Source: Myxococcota bacterium (GTDB taxonomy: Bacteria > Myxococcota_A > SURF-8). Taken from it: a stretch of 64,000 nucleotides of DNA. The notes below the pieces were generated by a model, which saw nothing but the letters and a program-made list of their open reading frames with translations, made no database searches and was not told the DNA's origin. The stretch spans positions 1,568,001 through 1,632,000 of the forward strand of contig CAXXQS010000001.1 in assembly GCA_963674735.2 (NCBI GenBank), in the 5' to 3' direction. The translations under genes were made by a program, and so were the position numbers. Positions 49,818 to 60,269 of the stretch are shown piece after piece; the first letter of the stretch is position 1, and each line of letters begins with the position of its first letter.

Positions 49818-51602
49818 ATGGCGACTTTGGCACAATCGACTCGCAGCCATACCTGCGGCGAACTACGACGAACCCACGCAGGACAGACGGTCATCTTGAA
49901 AGGCTGGGTCAAAGCCTGGCGCGACCACGGCGGTTGCCTGTTCATCGATTTACGTGACCGCTACGGCTTCACCCAGGTCGTCTTCGACTACGCCAAAGCC
50001 GGTCAAACCCTCAACGAGGCGACGTCCATCCGTGACGAATACGTGCTGGCGGTGGAAGGTCACGTGGTGGATCGCGGCGACAACGCCAATCAAAACATCC
50101 CCACCGGCGAAATCGAGATTGCGGTCACCCGCTTTGAAATTCTATCGAAAGCCGCGCCACTACCCGTCCAAATCAGCGATAAAAGCGACGCCAACGAAAC
50201 CACGCGTCTCAAACACCGCTACCTGGATTTGCGGAGAAAACCCCTGCAAGATATCCTGATCATGCGTCATCAGGTCAACCAGATCGTGCGGCGGCACTTA
50301 AGCGACAACGGATTCCTCGAAATCGAGACGCCCGTCCTGACGAAAAGCACCCCTGAAGGTGCGCGCGATTTTCTCGTTCCTTCGCGTATGCATGGCGGTC
50401 AGTTCTACGCCCTGCCCCAATCGCCGCAGCTGTTCAAACAAATTCTGATGGTATCGGGCTTCGACCGCTACTTCCAGATCGTCCGCTGCTTCCGCGATGA
50501 AGACCTGCGCAACGACCGTCAGCCGGAATTCACCCAGATCGACTGCGAACTGTCGTTCCCCACGGAGGAAATGATTTTCGAAATCTTCGAAGATCTGGTG
50601 GTCACGCTCTGGAAGGAAATCAAGGGCATCGACGTTCCCCGGCCCTTCCCGCGCATGAGCTACGACCACGCCATGGACAAATACGGAGTCGACGCCCCCG
50701 ACACCCGCTTCGAGCTTCTTCTGGAAGACGTGGGCGACTTGGTTTCCGACTGCGGATTCAAGGTGTTCGCCGGCACCATCCAAAACGGGGGAATGGTCAA
50801 AGCCATCGCCGTGCCCGACCCCGAACAGAAACTCTCGCGCTCCTATATCGACAAAAACCTCGTTCCTTTGGCCGGAACTTACGGAGCCAAGGGGCTGGCC
50901 TGGGCGCGGATTACGGCCGACGGCTGGAAGTCGCCCATCGCCAAGTTCTTCGATGCGGATCTGCAAAGTTCCATCAATGAGCGCCTCGGCGCAAGCGAGA
51001 ACCACGTCCTGCTGTTCGTCGCCGATAAAAAGACGGTCGTCAACGCCGCCCTCGGTAACCTGCGCAAACGGCTTGCGACCGAAATGGGACTCATCGCGGA
51101 GAACACGTATAATTTCGTGTGGGTCCACACCTTCCCGGTCTTCGACTGGAGCGAGGAAGAAAGCCGCTGGGTATCGACGCATCACCCCTTCACCAGCCCG
51201 CGCCCCGAAGATATCGACAAACTGGAAAACGATCCCGGCAACGCCTATGCCGAAGCCTACGATATGGTGCTAAACGGCAACGAAATCGGCGGTGGCTCGA
51301 TTCGTATCCACCGGCCCGAGATTCAGGAACGCGTGTTCCGCGCCCTGGGTATCAGCGACGAGGAAGCCCGCCTCAAATTCGGCTTCCTTCTCGACGCCCT
51401 CAAATACGGCGCACCGCCCCACGGAGGTATCGCCTTCGGTGTGGACCGCATCATCATGCTTTTAGCCGGGACCAACTCCATTCGCGACGTCATCGCCTTC
51501 CCCAAAACCACCCAAGGCAATTGTCTCATGACCGAAGCGCCGTCTCCGGTGGACGATGCGCAGTTGTCCGAACTGCATGTGAAGGTACGCGAAAAAGAGT
51601 AG
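49818..51602 (+). CDS. aspS: Aspartate-tRNA ligase
   Basis: RSHTCGEL, RDHGG..FIDLRD, RYLDLR, PEGARDF, ALPQSPQ, FRDEDLR..RQPEFTQID and PPHGGIAFG.DR. Confidence 0.98.
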   Translation: MATLAQSTRSHTCGELRRTHAGQTVILKGWVKAWRDHGGCLFIDLRDRYGFTQVVFDYAKAGQTLNEATSIRDEYVLAVEGHVVDRGDNANQNIPTGEIEIAVTRFEILSKAAPLPVQISDKSDANETTRLKHRYLDLRRKPLQDILIMRHQVNQIVRRHLSDNGFLEIETPVLTKSTPEGARDFLVPSRMHGGQFYALPQSPQLFKQILMVSGFDRYFQIVRCFRDEDLRNDRQPEFTQIDCELSFPTEEMIFEIFEDLVVTLWKEIKGIDVPRPFPRMSYDHAMDKYGVDAPDTRFELLLEDVGDLVSDCGFKVFAGTIQNGGMVKAIAVPDPEQKLSRSYIDKNLVPLAGTYGAKGLAWARITADGWKSPIAKFFDADLQSSINERLGASENHVLLFVADKKTVVNAALGNLRKRLATEMGLIAENTYNFVWVHTFPVFDWSEEESRWVSTHHPFTSPRPEDIDKLENDPGNAYAEAYDMVLNGNEIGGGSIRIHRPEIQERVFRALGISDEEARLKFGFLLDALKYGAPPHGGIAFGVDRIIMLLAGTNSIRDVIAFPKTTQGNCLMTEAPSPVDDAQLSELHVKVREKE

Positions 51603-51626
51603 GTAACGCCGAGTGTGAGATCATAC

Positions 51627-51653
51627 GGGCGGTCCGAGCGGGCCGCCTGTTTT
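51627..51653 (+). terminator. Intrinsic terminator after aspS
   Basis: GGGCGGTCC/GGGCCGCCT hairpin followed by GTTTT. Confidence 0.55.
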
Positions 51654-51655
51654 CG

Positions 51656-53461
51656 TTAGAACATGCCGCGTACGCGGGCGGCCAGATCAAACAGGGTGTC
51701 TTCTCCCTCCCGAATTTCGAGTATGAACGGAAGTTTGCCGGGCGACCCCGTGCGCGAAACATCCATCCACCAGTTTATTTCGCCTGTCGCGCCGGATGCG
51801 TCGGGCAAAAGCGTCCAAGCTTGCTCACCTCCGGTCGGCTTTTCGACCGGAACGCCGTCGATGGCGACGATTTCCGCCGGAGCATCTTTATTGAAGGGGT
51901 GAAGCCTGACCCTTCCTTTATTTGGCGCACGGACTTGGGTTCGCAGATGCAGGTAGCGACGCCCATCCGAATCCTGCATCACGCGCGGACGCCCCTCGGC
52001 TATCCCGTTCCAGCGTAAAGCAACGGACCGAAAACCGCTGGAGGGAATCTCGCGGCTATCGGTATAGGCATAATCGAATCGTGACAGGTCGACCTGCTCG
52101 GGACGCGAAACGATCAGCAGCCAGGAGTGCAAACTTGTAAATACAGACCAATCCGCGGGGAGTGATGCCGGAGGCTCGGAATCACGATTGATGAGAGCCA
52201 TCAATTCCGGTGCATCGAGCGATTTCGGCGCATCGAGCGCATCGGCGTCGTTTAGCGGCAAATAGATCTGCAAGCCGTTCATGATATCGGTCCATTGCGG
52301 CGAACGGATGCGGCGGAAGGCGTCATGGTAGGTGTGAACTCCGTGCTGCCGAAGTTCCTGCGCCAGGACTTGGATGTCGTCAAAGCATATCCGCGCTTCA
52401 GGCTGAGCAAACGGAACGCGTATAAGCAGAACACCTGCCACGGCGGCTTGCATCCACAGACGCCGGTCCTTCAGCAGCCGAGCAAGCAACCAGGCCGCCA
52501 CAACGATAAACGGCGGGAGAAACGGCAGCAGGTGCCGCCAGGTCGGTTCGTAGCGAAACGCCAGCGGAGCAAACAAGATTGCGGCCATCGGCAAGCTGGC
52601 CGAAAGCGCCAGCCCCTTCCAAGCCCACGCCCCGACACGCTTCTCCCGTCGCCGTAAAACGGGAAGCGCCGTCACGGCGACAAGTAAAAGCCCCGCAATG
52701 ACCGAGAAACCCGCCGAGCCGCCCGATCCGACTCGCCGCAGTTGGTCGGCCCGCTCCCAGGTCAACCTTAAGGCGTCGGCGGAACAAAGCCACGTGACCG
52801 CAGCCAGAATGACGAGCCCACACAGGAGTGTTGGAAACAGAGATGAGCGCCGGGGAGTCCGTCGCCACAATAGCGCCGCAATCCAAACCGGCACCAGCAG
52901 AATCAAGATGAGATGGAGTTGTATACCTACTGCCAGCGCCAGCATGGCGATTAGCCAGAAGGCCATTCGGCGAGTTTCAAACGCACGGAAAAAAGCCCAG
53001 TAAAACCAGACACTCACAAGCGGAACAAAAGTCGGGTTCCAGAGAACCGCCACGTCATCGGCTGTCGCGAGTAAAACCCAGAAAAGCACCCCGGCCCAAA
53101 ACGCGGCCGCTCGTCCGATCGTGCTTGCCGCGCATCGCATCAACAGCCAGGCGGCCGCCAGCTTACCGATCAACGCGACGACGAAAACCGGAAACAGACC
53201 GAGTCCCGGTTTCTGTACGGCCGCCAACATCAACACCCACAAGCCACCCTGGCGCACCTCCCAGAAAGACGACGGCGGTCCGGCCCGCAAACATTCCGCA
53301 TCTTCCAGACAAGCGCGCGCCATCAACCAGTCGCGAACCGTATCGGGTTCGAGCCGCAGCCCCTTGAACGCGATAAAGACTAACCCCAGCAACGCAAAGG
53401 CAAGAAATCCTTTTTCCAGGTATTTCACGTTACGCGATTCGGGCACGGCGGACGGCAACAA
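51656..53461 (-). CDS. Polytopic membrane protein, possibly a GT-C (ArnT/PMT-like) glycosyltransferase
   Basis: About 11 TM helices, an acidic D..RD in the first loop, GPPSS, WNP and QLH, then a soluble C-terminal domain. Confidence 0.5.
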   Translation of the reverse strand: MLPSAVPESRNVKYLEKGFLAFALLGLVFIAFKGLRLEPDTVRDWLMARACLEDAECLRAGPPSSFWEVRQGGLWVLMLAAVQKPGLGLFPVFVVALIGKLAAAWLLMRCAASTIGRAAAFWAGVLFWVLLATADDVAVLWNPTFVPLVSVWFYWAFFRAFETRRMAFWLIAMLALAVGIQLHLILILLVPVWIAALLWRRTPRRSSLFPTLLCGLVILAAVTWLCSADALRLTWERADQLRRVGSGGSAGFSVIAGLLLVAVTALPVLRRREKRVGAWAWKGLALSASLPMAAILFAPLAFRYEPTWRHLLPFLPPFIVVAAWLLARLLKDRRLWMQAAVAGVLLIRVPFAQPEARICFDDIQVLAQELRQHGVHTYHDAFRRIRSPQWTDIMNGLQIYLPLNDADALDAPKSLDAPELMALINRDSEPPASLPADWSVFTSLHSWLLIVSRPEQVDLSRFDYAYTDSREIPSSGFRSVALRWNGIAEGRPRVMQDSDGRRYLHLRTQVRAPNKGRVRLHPFNKDAPAEIVAIDGVPVEKPTGGEQAWTLLPDASGATGEINWWMDVSRTGSPGKLPFILEIREGEDTLFDLAARVRGMF

Positions 53462-53560
53462 ACTCTCCTGAAGTTAGGTGGCGATGGAAGTCAGCATAGC
53501 AGAATTTCGGAGAAAGTCATGCGTCTCCCGTGATTTGTGATGTCCCTAGTTGCGGTTACG

Positions 53561-53600
53561 AAACGAAAAACAGCCGCGATCAACACCGCGGCCGTCTCGT
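53561..53600 (-). terminator. Intrinsic terminator after leuS
   Basis: Minus strand ACGGCCGCGG-TGTTG-ATCGCGGCTG followed by TTTTT. Confidence 0.65.
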
Positions 53601-53618
53601 TGAATGTCGCCATCGCCC

Positions 53619-56027
53619 CTACTTGGCGACGATGTTCACCAGCTTGTTCGGGATCACGATCACCTTGCGCACCTCGCCGACGATATGCTTCTGCACCCGC
53701 TCGTCGGCCAGCGCCAGTTTCTCCACCTCGGCGCGATCCATGTCGCGCGGCGTTTGCAATTCGCCACGGAGCTTGCCATTGACCTGAATCACCACCGTGA
53801 CGGTGTTCTCGACCAGCATGGACTCGTCATAAGACGGCCAGCCGGCGGCGAACACGGAATGCTTGTGCCCCAGTTTTTCCCAGAGCTCCTCCGCAACGAA
53901 AGGAATAAAGGGCGCGGCCAGCTTCACCAGAGTTTCCAGGCATTCGCGGTGGCGGCAATCGGCGGCCCGCAAGTCGTTGATGTAGGTCATGAGTTGGGCA
54001 ATGGCCGTATTGTAAGACAACGTGGGGATATCCTCCCCCACCTTTTTGATCGTGCGATGCATGGAACGCACGCAATCTTCGGGGCGCGTTTTGTTCTCGC
54101 CCTTGTTCACCCAGTCGAAAACACGCTCCACAAAGCGCCGACAACCCACGATCCCCTGATCGTCATAATCCCCGCCCAACATGAACGGTCCGATAAACAT
54201 CAGGTACAAGCGGAAGGTGTCGGCTCCGTAGCGATCGATGATGGCATCGGGATTGACCACGTTTCCCTTGCTCTTGGACATCTTTCCGCCGTCCTTGGTG
54301 ATGATGCCGTGGGCGCGAAAGCTCTTGACGGGTTCTTCGAAGTCCAGATATCCCAGATCGTGCAGCACCATGGTGATGAAGCGGATATAGAGAAGATGGC
54401 CGAAGCTGTGTTCCTTGCCGCCGATATACATGTCCGCCGGGCACCACTTCTTCGTGATGGACGGGTCGATGAAACGCTCGTCCATGCCGACGGAAGGATA
54501 ACGTAGATAATACCAGGCGGAATCGAGGAAGTTATCCGAAACGTCCGTTTCGCGCCGGGCCGGGCCTCCGCATTTCGGACAGGTGCAGCGGGTCCATTCT
54601 TCGTTACGCGCCAGCGGACTCTTGCCCGATCCATCTGGGATGTAGTCGTCCGATTCGGGAAGGAGCACCGGCAGATCTTCCTCGGGCACGGGCACCGTCC
54701 CGCATTTGTCGCAATGAATGATGGGAATGGGCGGCCCCCAGTAACGTTGGCGGGACACGCACCAGTCACGCAGACGATAGTTGATGGATCCCCTCCCGAA
54801 ACCTTGCGTTTCGAGCCAGGCAGTCACCTTCCCTACCCCTTCACCTTCGGGCGTGCCGTTGAAGGGACCGGAGTTGATCATCAGACCGGGACCGCTGTAG
54901 GCTTCGCCCAGATCGCCCTGCGCCACACCATCGGGGGCGATGACTTCGGTGATCTCCAGATTCATCACCTTGGCGAATTCGTAATCGCGCGAATCGTGGG
55001 CGGGCACGGCCATAATGGCCCCCGTCCCATAATCCATCAAAACATAATCGGCAATGTAGATGGGCACGCGCGCGCCGTTGACTGGATTGACGGCGTACCC
55101 GCCGGTGAAGACACCCGTCTTCTCCTTGATCATTTCCTGGCGCTCGAACTGGGATTTCTTGCGCGCCTCGTCCTGGTAATCCGCCACGGCCTGCTTGCGC
55201 GACGGCGTGGTCACGCGCTCCACCAGCGGATGCTCGGGCGCGAACACCATATACGTCACGCCCCAGAGCGTATCGGGACGCGTAGTGAAGATTTCGAACA
55301 GTTCGCCGTCCTCCAACCGGAACGTGACCATCGCGCCGGTGGAGCGCCCGATTTTGGAACGTTGCACGCTCGTGACGGCCTCGGGCCAGTCGATCGTTTC
55401 CAAATTGTTCAGGAGTCGCTCGGCGTAATTCGTGATTTTAAAGAACCACTGTTTGAGCGTGCGCTGTTCCACTTTGACGTCGCCGTGGCGCTCGCAATAA
55501 CCGTCTTCCACCTGGCTGTCGGCCAAAACGGTTTTGCAAGCCGGACACCAGTTGACGGCCGATTCCCGCTGCTCGGCGAGTCCGTTTTTGTAAAGCTGCA
55601 AGAAAATCCACTGCGTCCACTTGTAGTAAGCCGGGTCGGTTGTATCGAGCGAATGGGACCAATCGAACATATTGCCCAATCGTTTGAGTTGGTTTTCGCG
55701 GAAGTTGCGCACGTTCTCCGCCGTCAGTTTGGCGGGGTGCTTTTTCACTTTCAGAGCGAAATTTTCCGAGTGAATCCCGAAAGCGTCGAAGCCCATGGGC
55801 TCGAAAACGCTGTGACCCTGCATCTTCTGATAACGTCCATAAATATCCGAGCCGATGAAGGCGAAACAATTGCCCACATGCAGGCCCTCGGCCGAAGGAT
55901 AGGGAAACATCATCAGGTTGTAGAAAGGCTTGTCGGCCTTGTTCATATCGATCGTGTAATCGCCGCGCGACTCCCAGATCTTCCGTTGTTTCGCCTCTAC
56001 CACCGCCGGATCGTACGCCTTGCTCAT
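53619..56027 (-). CDS. leuS: Leucine-tRNA ligase
   Basis: MFPYPS..GLHVGN, PMGFDAFG, FTTRPDT, YGTGAIMAVPAHD, SRQRYWG.PIP, KMSKSKGN and QVNGKLR. Confidence 0.98.
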   Translation of the reverse strand: MSKAYDPAVVEAKQRKIWESRGDYTIDMNKADKPFYNLMMFPYPSAEGLHVGNCFAFIGSDIYGRYQKMQGHSVFEPMGFDAFGIHSENFALKVKKHPAKLTAENVRNFRENQLKRLGNMFDWSHSLDTTDPAYYKWTQWIFLQLYKNGLAEQRESAVNWCPACKTVLADSQVEDGYCERHGDVKVEQRTLKQWFFKITNYAERLLNNLETIDWPEAVTSVQRSKIGRSTGAMVTFRLEDGELFEIFTTRPDTLWGVTYMVFAPEHPLVERVTTPSRKQAVADYQDEARKKSQFERQEMIKEKTGVFTGGYAVNPVNGARVPIYIADYVLMDYGTGAIMAVPAHDSRDYEFAKVMNLEITEVIAPDGVAQGDLGEAYSGPGLMINSGPFNGTPEGEGVGKVTAWLETQGFGRGSINYRLRDWCVSRQRYWGPPIPIIHCDKCGTVPVPEEDLPVLLPESDDYIPDGSGKSPLARNEEWTRCTCPKCGGPARRETDVSDNFLDSAWYYLRYPSVGMDERFIDPSITKKWCPADMYIGGKEHSFGHLLYIRFITMVLHDLGYLDFEEPVKSFRAHGIITKDGGKMSKSKGNVVNPDAIIDRYGADTFRLYLMFIGPFMLGGDYDDQGIVGCRRFVERVFDWVNKGENKTRPEDCVRSMHRTIKKVGEDIPTLSYNTAIAQLMTYINDLRAADCRHRECLETLVKLAAPFIPFVAEELWEKLGHKHSVFAAGWPSYDESMLVENTVTVVIQVNGKLRGELQTPRDMDRAEVEKLALADERVQKHIVGEVRKVIVIPNKLVNIVAK

Positions 56028-56150
56028 CGTGATTATCCCTTGATATAACTCAGTAATTGCGGTCCCTTTATCGAGCCAGAGAGCATACCCCAAGCATGCG
56101 TGCCTCGCAAGTGAAAATCCCCCCACTCATACGCTTTCAGGCCGGATGCT

Positions 56151-59100
56151 CTACTGCAACTCCATACAACCGAGATAGACCCATTGGATGTGAGGGAAAA
56201 CCGTACCGAAGCCGGTGGAAAGATTCACCGAGTATTCACCCGGCAGCATCGGCACCAACCCGTTTACTCCGCCTTCCTCCAGCAGGTCGTAACTGACGAC
56301 CACCCGATAATCGTCGCTCTTGCGGAAGACGATGTCTCCCCGCGAATAGCCACTGGTGGAATCGGGAAGCGGCAGACCGTCTTTGAAGACCTGCAGATTG
56401 TAGGAAACCAGATTCAGGTCGTAGGTCAGATTGACGTCCGAGTCGATTTCGATCTCCTTGAAGATCGGATACTCGGCATAGGTGTCTCCAGACGTGAGAC
56501 GGATCAGAATCGAGTAGGTGCCGCTGGGGCGTTCCATGGTGAAGCGGCTTTGTTCGTTCAAGTTGGTTGCGCCAACGGTTCGATTCCGAATCACTTCATC
56601 ATAAACCTGCAACTCGGCGGCATCGAATTGTCCATCGTTGATGAGGTCGGTCAGCAGACGGGTTTTGTCGTCGGCCGTGATTTCCACTTCGATGATATGG
56701 GACGAAAGATTGATGGCCTGACTTGTACCGTTGGCTCCGACCGTGAAATCCTGGGTCAGATAGAATTCCTGGAAGCCGTTGAACAAGTACGACCCGGAAT
56801 AGCGCATCTCATAGGTGGAGGGGAAAAGCCAGGTTTGGAAGGTCGTGGGATAGCTCGATTCTTCGAATTGGCCGAAGTGAACCATCACGACATCGCGGCT
56901 GTCGTTTTCCCGCCGCACTTTGAGGTAATCTCCGTTGTTGGTCAACACCACGGGAGAACCGTTTTTCGTGAAATCCAGTTCGACGGATTCCACCGGAAGC
57001 TCGATATCCCGGTTCGTATCGGCGGTGATCGAAACGCCGGTTTCAAAGGTGATCCAGTGTTCCGAATAGGGGTAGCTACGATTGATGAAATACGGATCGT
57101 CGATCAGGGCGCCTTCGAAACGATAGGAGTAGGTTCCGGGACCGATTTCGCGATCGAACGCCACCGATCCCGAAAGTCCCAGATCGGCCAACAGGAAACG
57201 CTCGTTGGTGCTCTCGTTGATCATGTAGACCTCGCCCCGACTCAGATTCTCATGGTCGTAGAGCGGGTCTTCGCCGCGACGCACTTCGCCTTGAAAACGC
57301 ACGCGTGGGATATCGACAATCAGATCGTCCAACTCCTCGGTGAAGCTGCGGACGGTCTCGTTGCGCCACAGATAGCTATCGCCGTTTTCTCCTGGTCCGG
57401 CAAAGGCGACGAAATACAGGTCGCTGATCACTTCTCGGTCGAAAGTGACCGTACCGGTCGTTCCCATGGGCCAAAACGGGAAACGGCTCCCGCTCAAAGA
57501 ATTGATCAACCAAACCTCGCCCCGGCCTTCGGCATCGGCCGGCGGAGTCTCACCATTGATCATGACGGCACCCTGAAGACGCACGGTTTCCAGATTGAAG
57601 GTGTATTCCTTATCCTGCGTCACCGGGTCGTTGCTTAGCAGCTTCGCGCGCTGTCTGGCATTATCGTCGGCAGCCAGGTAGCCATCGAACAGAATATCGT
57701 AACTGGCGTCGAACACCTCAACCGAGAAATCGTTCAGCCCGCCCCCCACTTCGGCGATGACGTGGTTCATGCGGGTACTGCGGTCGTAAAGCGTAAGGCT
57801 GCCGCGATATCCCGCCGACAACAAGGGGAAAGGTTGTCCGTTTTTCCGGAGATGAAGGGTGATGGTATGGCTCGCCACACTCAGAACGACACCGCGATTG
57901 CTGGTTAAATCAACACGGGATAAAACGGTTTTTCGCTGGCTGTAGCGATTGACGACACTGATATCGTACACACCGGCCAAAACTTCCACATCGGGCAACT
58001 GGCCGCCGTCGCTGAAGTTTTCGTGAATCCTAAACATGCTTCCCGTTTGCGTATCCCGCAAATAAACCGAGCTTTTACCGGATGGATCGAAATACGGCGC
58101 ACTTCCGTCTTTGACTTCGATCCCGACCGTGACGGAAGGAATGTCCAGAGTGTAGATGGATCCCTGCCGGAGTTGATCGCAGGTCGGAATGACATCATCG
58201 ATCTCGGGGTCGGGGTCGAGATCCACGTCCAGATCTCCGTCTTCATCGCCATCCACATCGCCATCGACGATGCCGGGAACGCAGCGCATTTCGGCATTGC
58301 AGCCGGTGCCGGGAGAAATGGTGTTACAGAATGCGGAGTTGGTACAAGCGGCGGCACAAAGCCCGATGTCGCTTGCCTCCTCATGACAAACCTGTTCCCA
58401 CCGGCAATCATCGTCCTCATCGCAGCCGTAATCCTGATTCGGCACGGCACAGCGTCCGGAAGCATTGCAGTAAACGCCCGGCGCTTCACCTTCTTCGGGA
58501 CACTCCGTATCGACAATGCACATTGCCTGGCAAAGCCCGTCGCCGCTTTCCATATCGGGATGACAGACGGTCTGAATCAGGCACTCTTCGTCGTCGACGC
58601 ATCCGGAATCTTCTTCGATGGGATAACATTTCCCGAGACTGTTACAGCGCAAACCGCCATCCGGGGCGGCATTGGTGCATTGGTAGTCGGCGAAGCAGAC
58701 TTCCATGCACGTTCCGTTTAAAAGTTCCTGGTGGCAAACCTGATTGAGGGGACATTGTTCGTCGAGCGAACAAGGATCGTCGTTCATAGGCAGACAGCGA
58801 CCTTGACTGTTGCAGAAATAGAAAATCTCACTGGTATCGTAAGGGCTGCAATCGTCGTTGGAACCACAAGGCGTCAGACAGACACCGCTCGCCACTTCGC
58901 TATGACAGAGCTTTCCATACGCACATTCCGAATCGTTGCTGCAAAAACTCGGCTGGTCGCCGGGTAGGCAGCGCTGATCGGCGTTGCAATAACTGTCGCC
59001 GATGTAGGTCTCACATTCCCAGTCTTTCGTGCACTTCAGCAAGCACATGCCCTGATCGCCGACCGGACTGCACAGCGTGCCGAAAGGACAATCGCCGTCG

Positions 59101-59471
59101 TCGAGGCAAGGAGGCGGTTGATTGCTTGCGGCATCGCCGTCCACACGGTCTCGATCGCCGTCCTGGGGAATCGTGTCGCCATCGGAAGGCACATCGCCAT
59201 CGCTGGGAATGAGGCCGTCATCGCCATCCACCAACTGGACGCAATATCCGGCGGCATTCATCCCCCAGCCGGGAGGACAGGGATTGAGGAGCGGATCATC
59301 GCCATCGGCAGGATCGAGGTTGGCGGGATCGATGCAGTCGCCGGTAGCATTCATCAACCAGCCGGACGGGCAATCGTCCCCCACCATACAACCGGAAATC
59401 CCGGAAACGATACAGATTGTCAAAATCACAGGCCAGACGAAACATGCCCATAGTACTCGCGGCATGACCAC
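56151..59471 (-). CDS. Large Cys-rich lipoprotein with DGD linkers and repeated C-terminal beta-sandwich domains
   Basis: Lipobox ISGCMV, CP.GW.MNA.G.C x2, DGD tracts, about 5 tandem C..D..C....C.....G.C...C.....C....C.P units, then about 6-7 repeated modules (NG.....RG.V.L...G.Y). Confidence 0.8.
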   Translation of the reverse strand: MVMPRVLWACFVWPVILTICIVSGISGCMVGDDCPSGWLMNATGDCIDPANLDPADGDDPLLNPCPPGWGMNAAGYCVQLVDGDDGLIPSDGDVPSDGDTIPQDGDRDRVDGDAASNQPPPCLDDGDCPFGTLCSPVGDQGMCLLKCTKDWECETYIGDSYCNADQRCLPGDQPSFCSNDSECAYGKLCHSEVASGVCLTPCGSNDDCSPYDTSEIFYFCNSQGRCLPMNDDPCSLDEQCPLNQVCHQELLNGTCMEVCFADYQCTNAAPDGGLRCNSLGKCYPIEEDSGCVDDEECLIQTVCHPDMESGDGLCQAMCIVDTECPEEGEAPGVYCNASGRCAVPNQDYGCDEDDDCRWEQVCHEEASDIGLCAAACTNSAFCNTISPGTGCNAEMRCVPGIVDGDVDGDEDGDLDVDLDPDPEIDDVIPTCDQLRQGSIYTLDIPSVTVGIEVKDGSAPYFDPSGKSSVYLRDTQTGSMFRIHENFSDGGQLPDVEVLAGVYDISVVNRYSQRKTVLSRVDLTSNRGVVLSVASHTITLHLRKNGQPFPLLSAGYRGSLTLYDRSTRMNHVIAEVGGGLNDFSVEVFDASYDILFDGYLAADDNARQRAKLLSNDPVTQDKEYTFNLETVRLQGAVMINGETPPADAEGRGEVWLINSLSGSRFPFWPMGTTGTVTFDREVISDLYFVAFAGPGENGDSYLWRNETVRSFTEELDDLIVDIPRVRFQGEVRRGEDPLYDHENLSRGEVYMINESTNERFLLADLGLSGSVAFDREIGPGTYSYRFEGALIDDPYFINRSYPYSEHWITFETGVSITADTNRDIELPVESVELDFTKNGSPVVLTNNGDYLKVRRENDSRDVVMVHFGQFEESSYPTTFQTWLFPSTYEMRYSGSYLFNGFQEFYLTQDFTVGANGTSQAINLSSHIIEVEITADDKTRLLTDLINDGQFDAAELQVYDEVIRNRTVGATNLNEQSRFTMERPSGTYSILIRLTSGDTYAEYPIFKEIEIDSDVNLTYDLNLVSYNLQVFKDGLPLPDSTSGYSRGDIVFRKSDDYRVVVSYDLLEEGGVNGLVPMLPGEYSVNLSTGFGTVFPHIQWVYLGCMELQ

Positions 59472-59477
59472 CTCCTA

Positions 59478-60092
59478 TTAGAGTCCTTCCGCACTGGCCG
59501 GCACTCGGAAAATACGCAGATCGGCACGGCTTCGCACCCGCCCTTCAGGGCCGGAACCCATTTCCATCATGCGGACAAGTCCGACATTCGGTGCGTAAGT
59601 AAACCTTAACACAGCGCTTTCTTTAGGATACTCTTCTTCGATCAAGAGGCAATGATTAAATAGCCCCGCTTTAACAATCACCTTCTCGTCAACCGACAAC
59701 ACCCGGCCCGTTCCACTTACGCCCCCGATATTCACCGGCCAGTTCGCCCCCGGAACGATCGGGGTCGGAATGATGGCATGCTCCCCCTTGTACAGTCCAT
59801 CGCGGCGAAAGGTATAGGTCAAGGTGGTTTCACCGGAGGCAATGATCACCCGATCGCCGATGCGCTCCTGAACACGCGTGATATGAGCGCTTTCAAGCTC
59901 GGGTTTTCCGGCATCGTCATAGAACACGACATCATACGTCCAGGCGGCACCGGGGCTTGCAGGAAAATAGGTTTCACTGGAAACATCGGGAGAATAGCGG
60001 AACTCATCCGATTTTACAGACGTTCTCGTACAACCCGTGGCGAAGATGAGAACAATCGCGGCGATCCAAACGGCATAATTCGGAAAAGTCAT
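59478..60092 (-). CDS. Hypothetical lipoprotein
   Basis: Lipobox ATGCTR, YFP...G..WTY, V.V.AG.F..C and YAP.VGLV. GGAAGG RBS. Confidence 0.75.
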   Translation of the reverse strand: MTFPNYAVWIAAIVLIFATGCTRTSVKSDEFRYSPDVSSETYFPASPGAAWTYDVVFYDDAGKPELESAHITRVQERIGDRVIIASGETTLTYTFRRDGLYKGEHAIIPTPIVPGANWPVNIGGVSGTGRVLSVDEKVIVKAGLFNHCLLIEEEYPKESAVLRFTYAPNVGLVRMMEMGSGPEGRVRSRADLRIFRVPASAEGL

Positions 60093-60119
60093 GCGCCCAC
60101 CTTCCGTTGGTCTAATCAA

Positions 60120-60242
60120 TTTTTTAGAGGGGAGGTGCTCCTACCCTTTGTTGGGCCGTCAATGTAACAAAGGGTAGGAGCCTTAGTCAAGCTTAAGAGC
60201 TTGATGGAGAGGCGTCTGTTGGGTGAGCTCAGCGCTCACAGA
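60120..60242 (-). ncRNA. Candidate sigma54-dependent structured RNA (sRNA or 5' leader)
   Basis: Three hairpins start at the predicted +1 (about 60242): 60223-60239, 60187-60204, and a perfect 16-bp stem at 60137-60181. Confidence 0.4.
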
Positions 60243-60252
60243 CACTCAATCT

Positions 60253-60269
60253 AGCAACAACAATGCCAA
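60253..60269 (-). promoter_or_regulatory. sigma54 (-24/-12) promoter
   Basis: Minus strand TTGGCAT-TGTTG-TTGCT has exact GG-N10-GC spacing. An IHF-like site (TTTCAA-TAGC-TTA) lies upstream at 60332-60344. Confidence 0.7.

Noticed and set aside
55870-55890. LeuRS HIGH motif reading HVGN as a sign of inactivation
   Set aside because: His-to-Asn at this position occurs in active class I synthetases, and all other motifs are intact.
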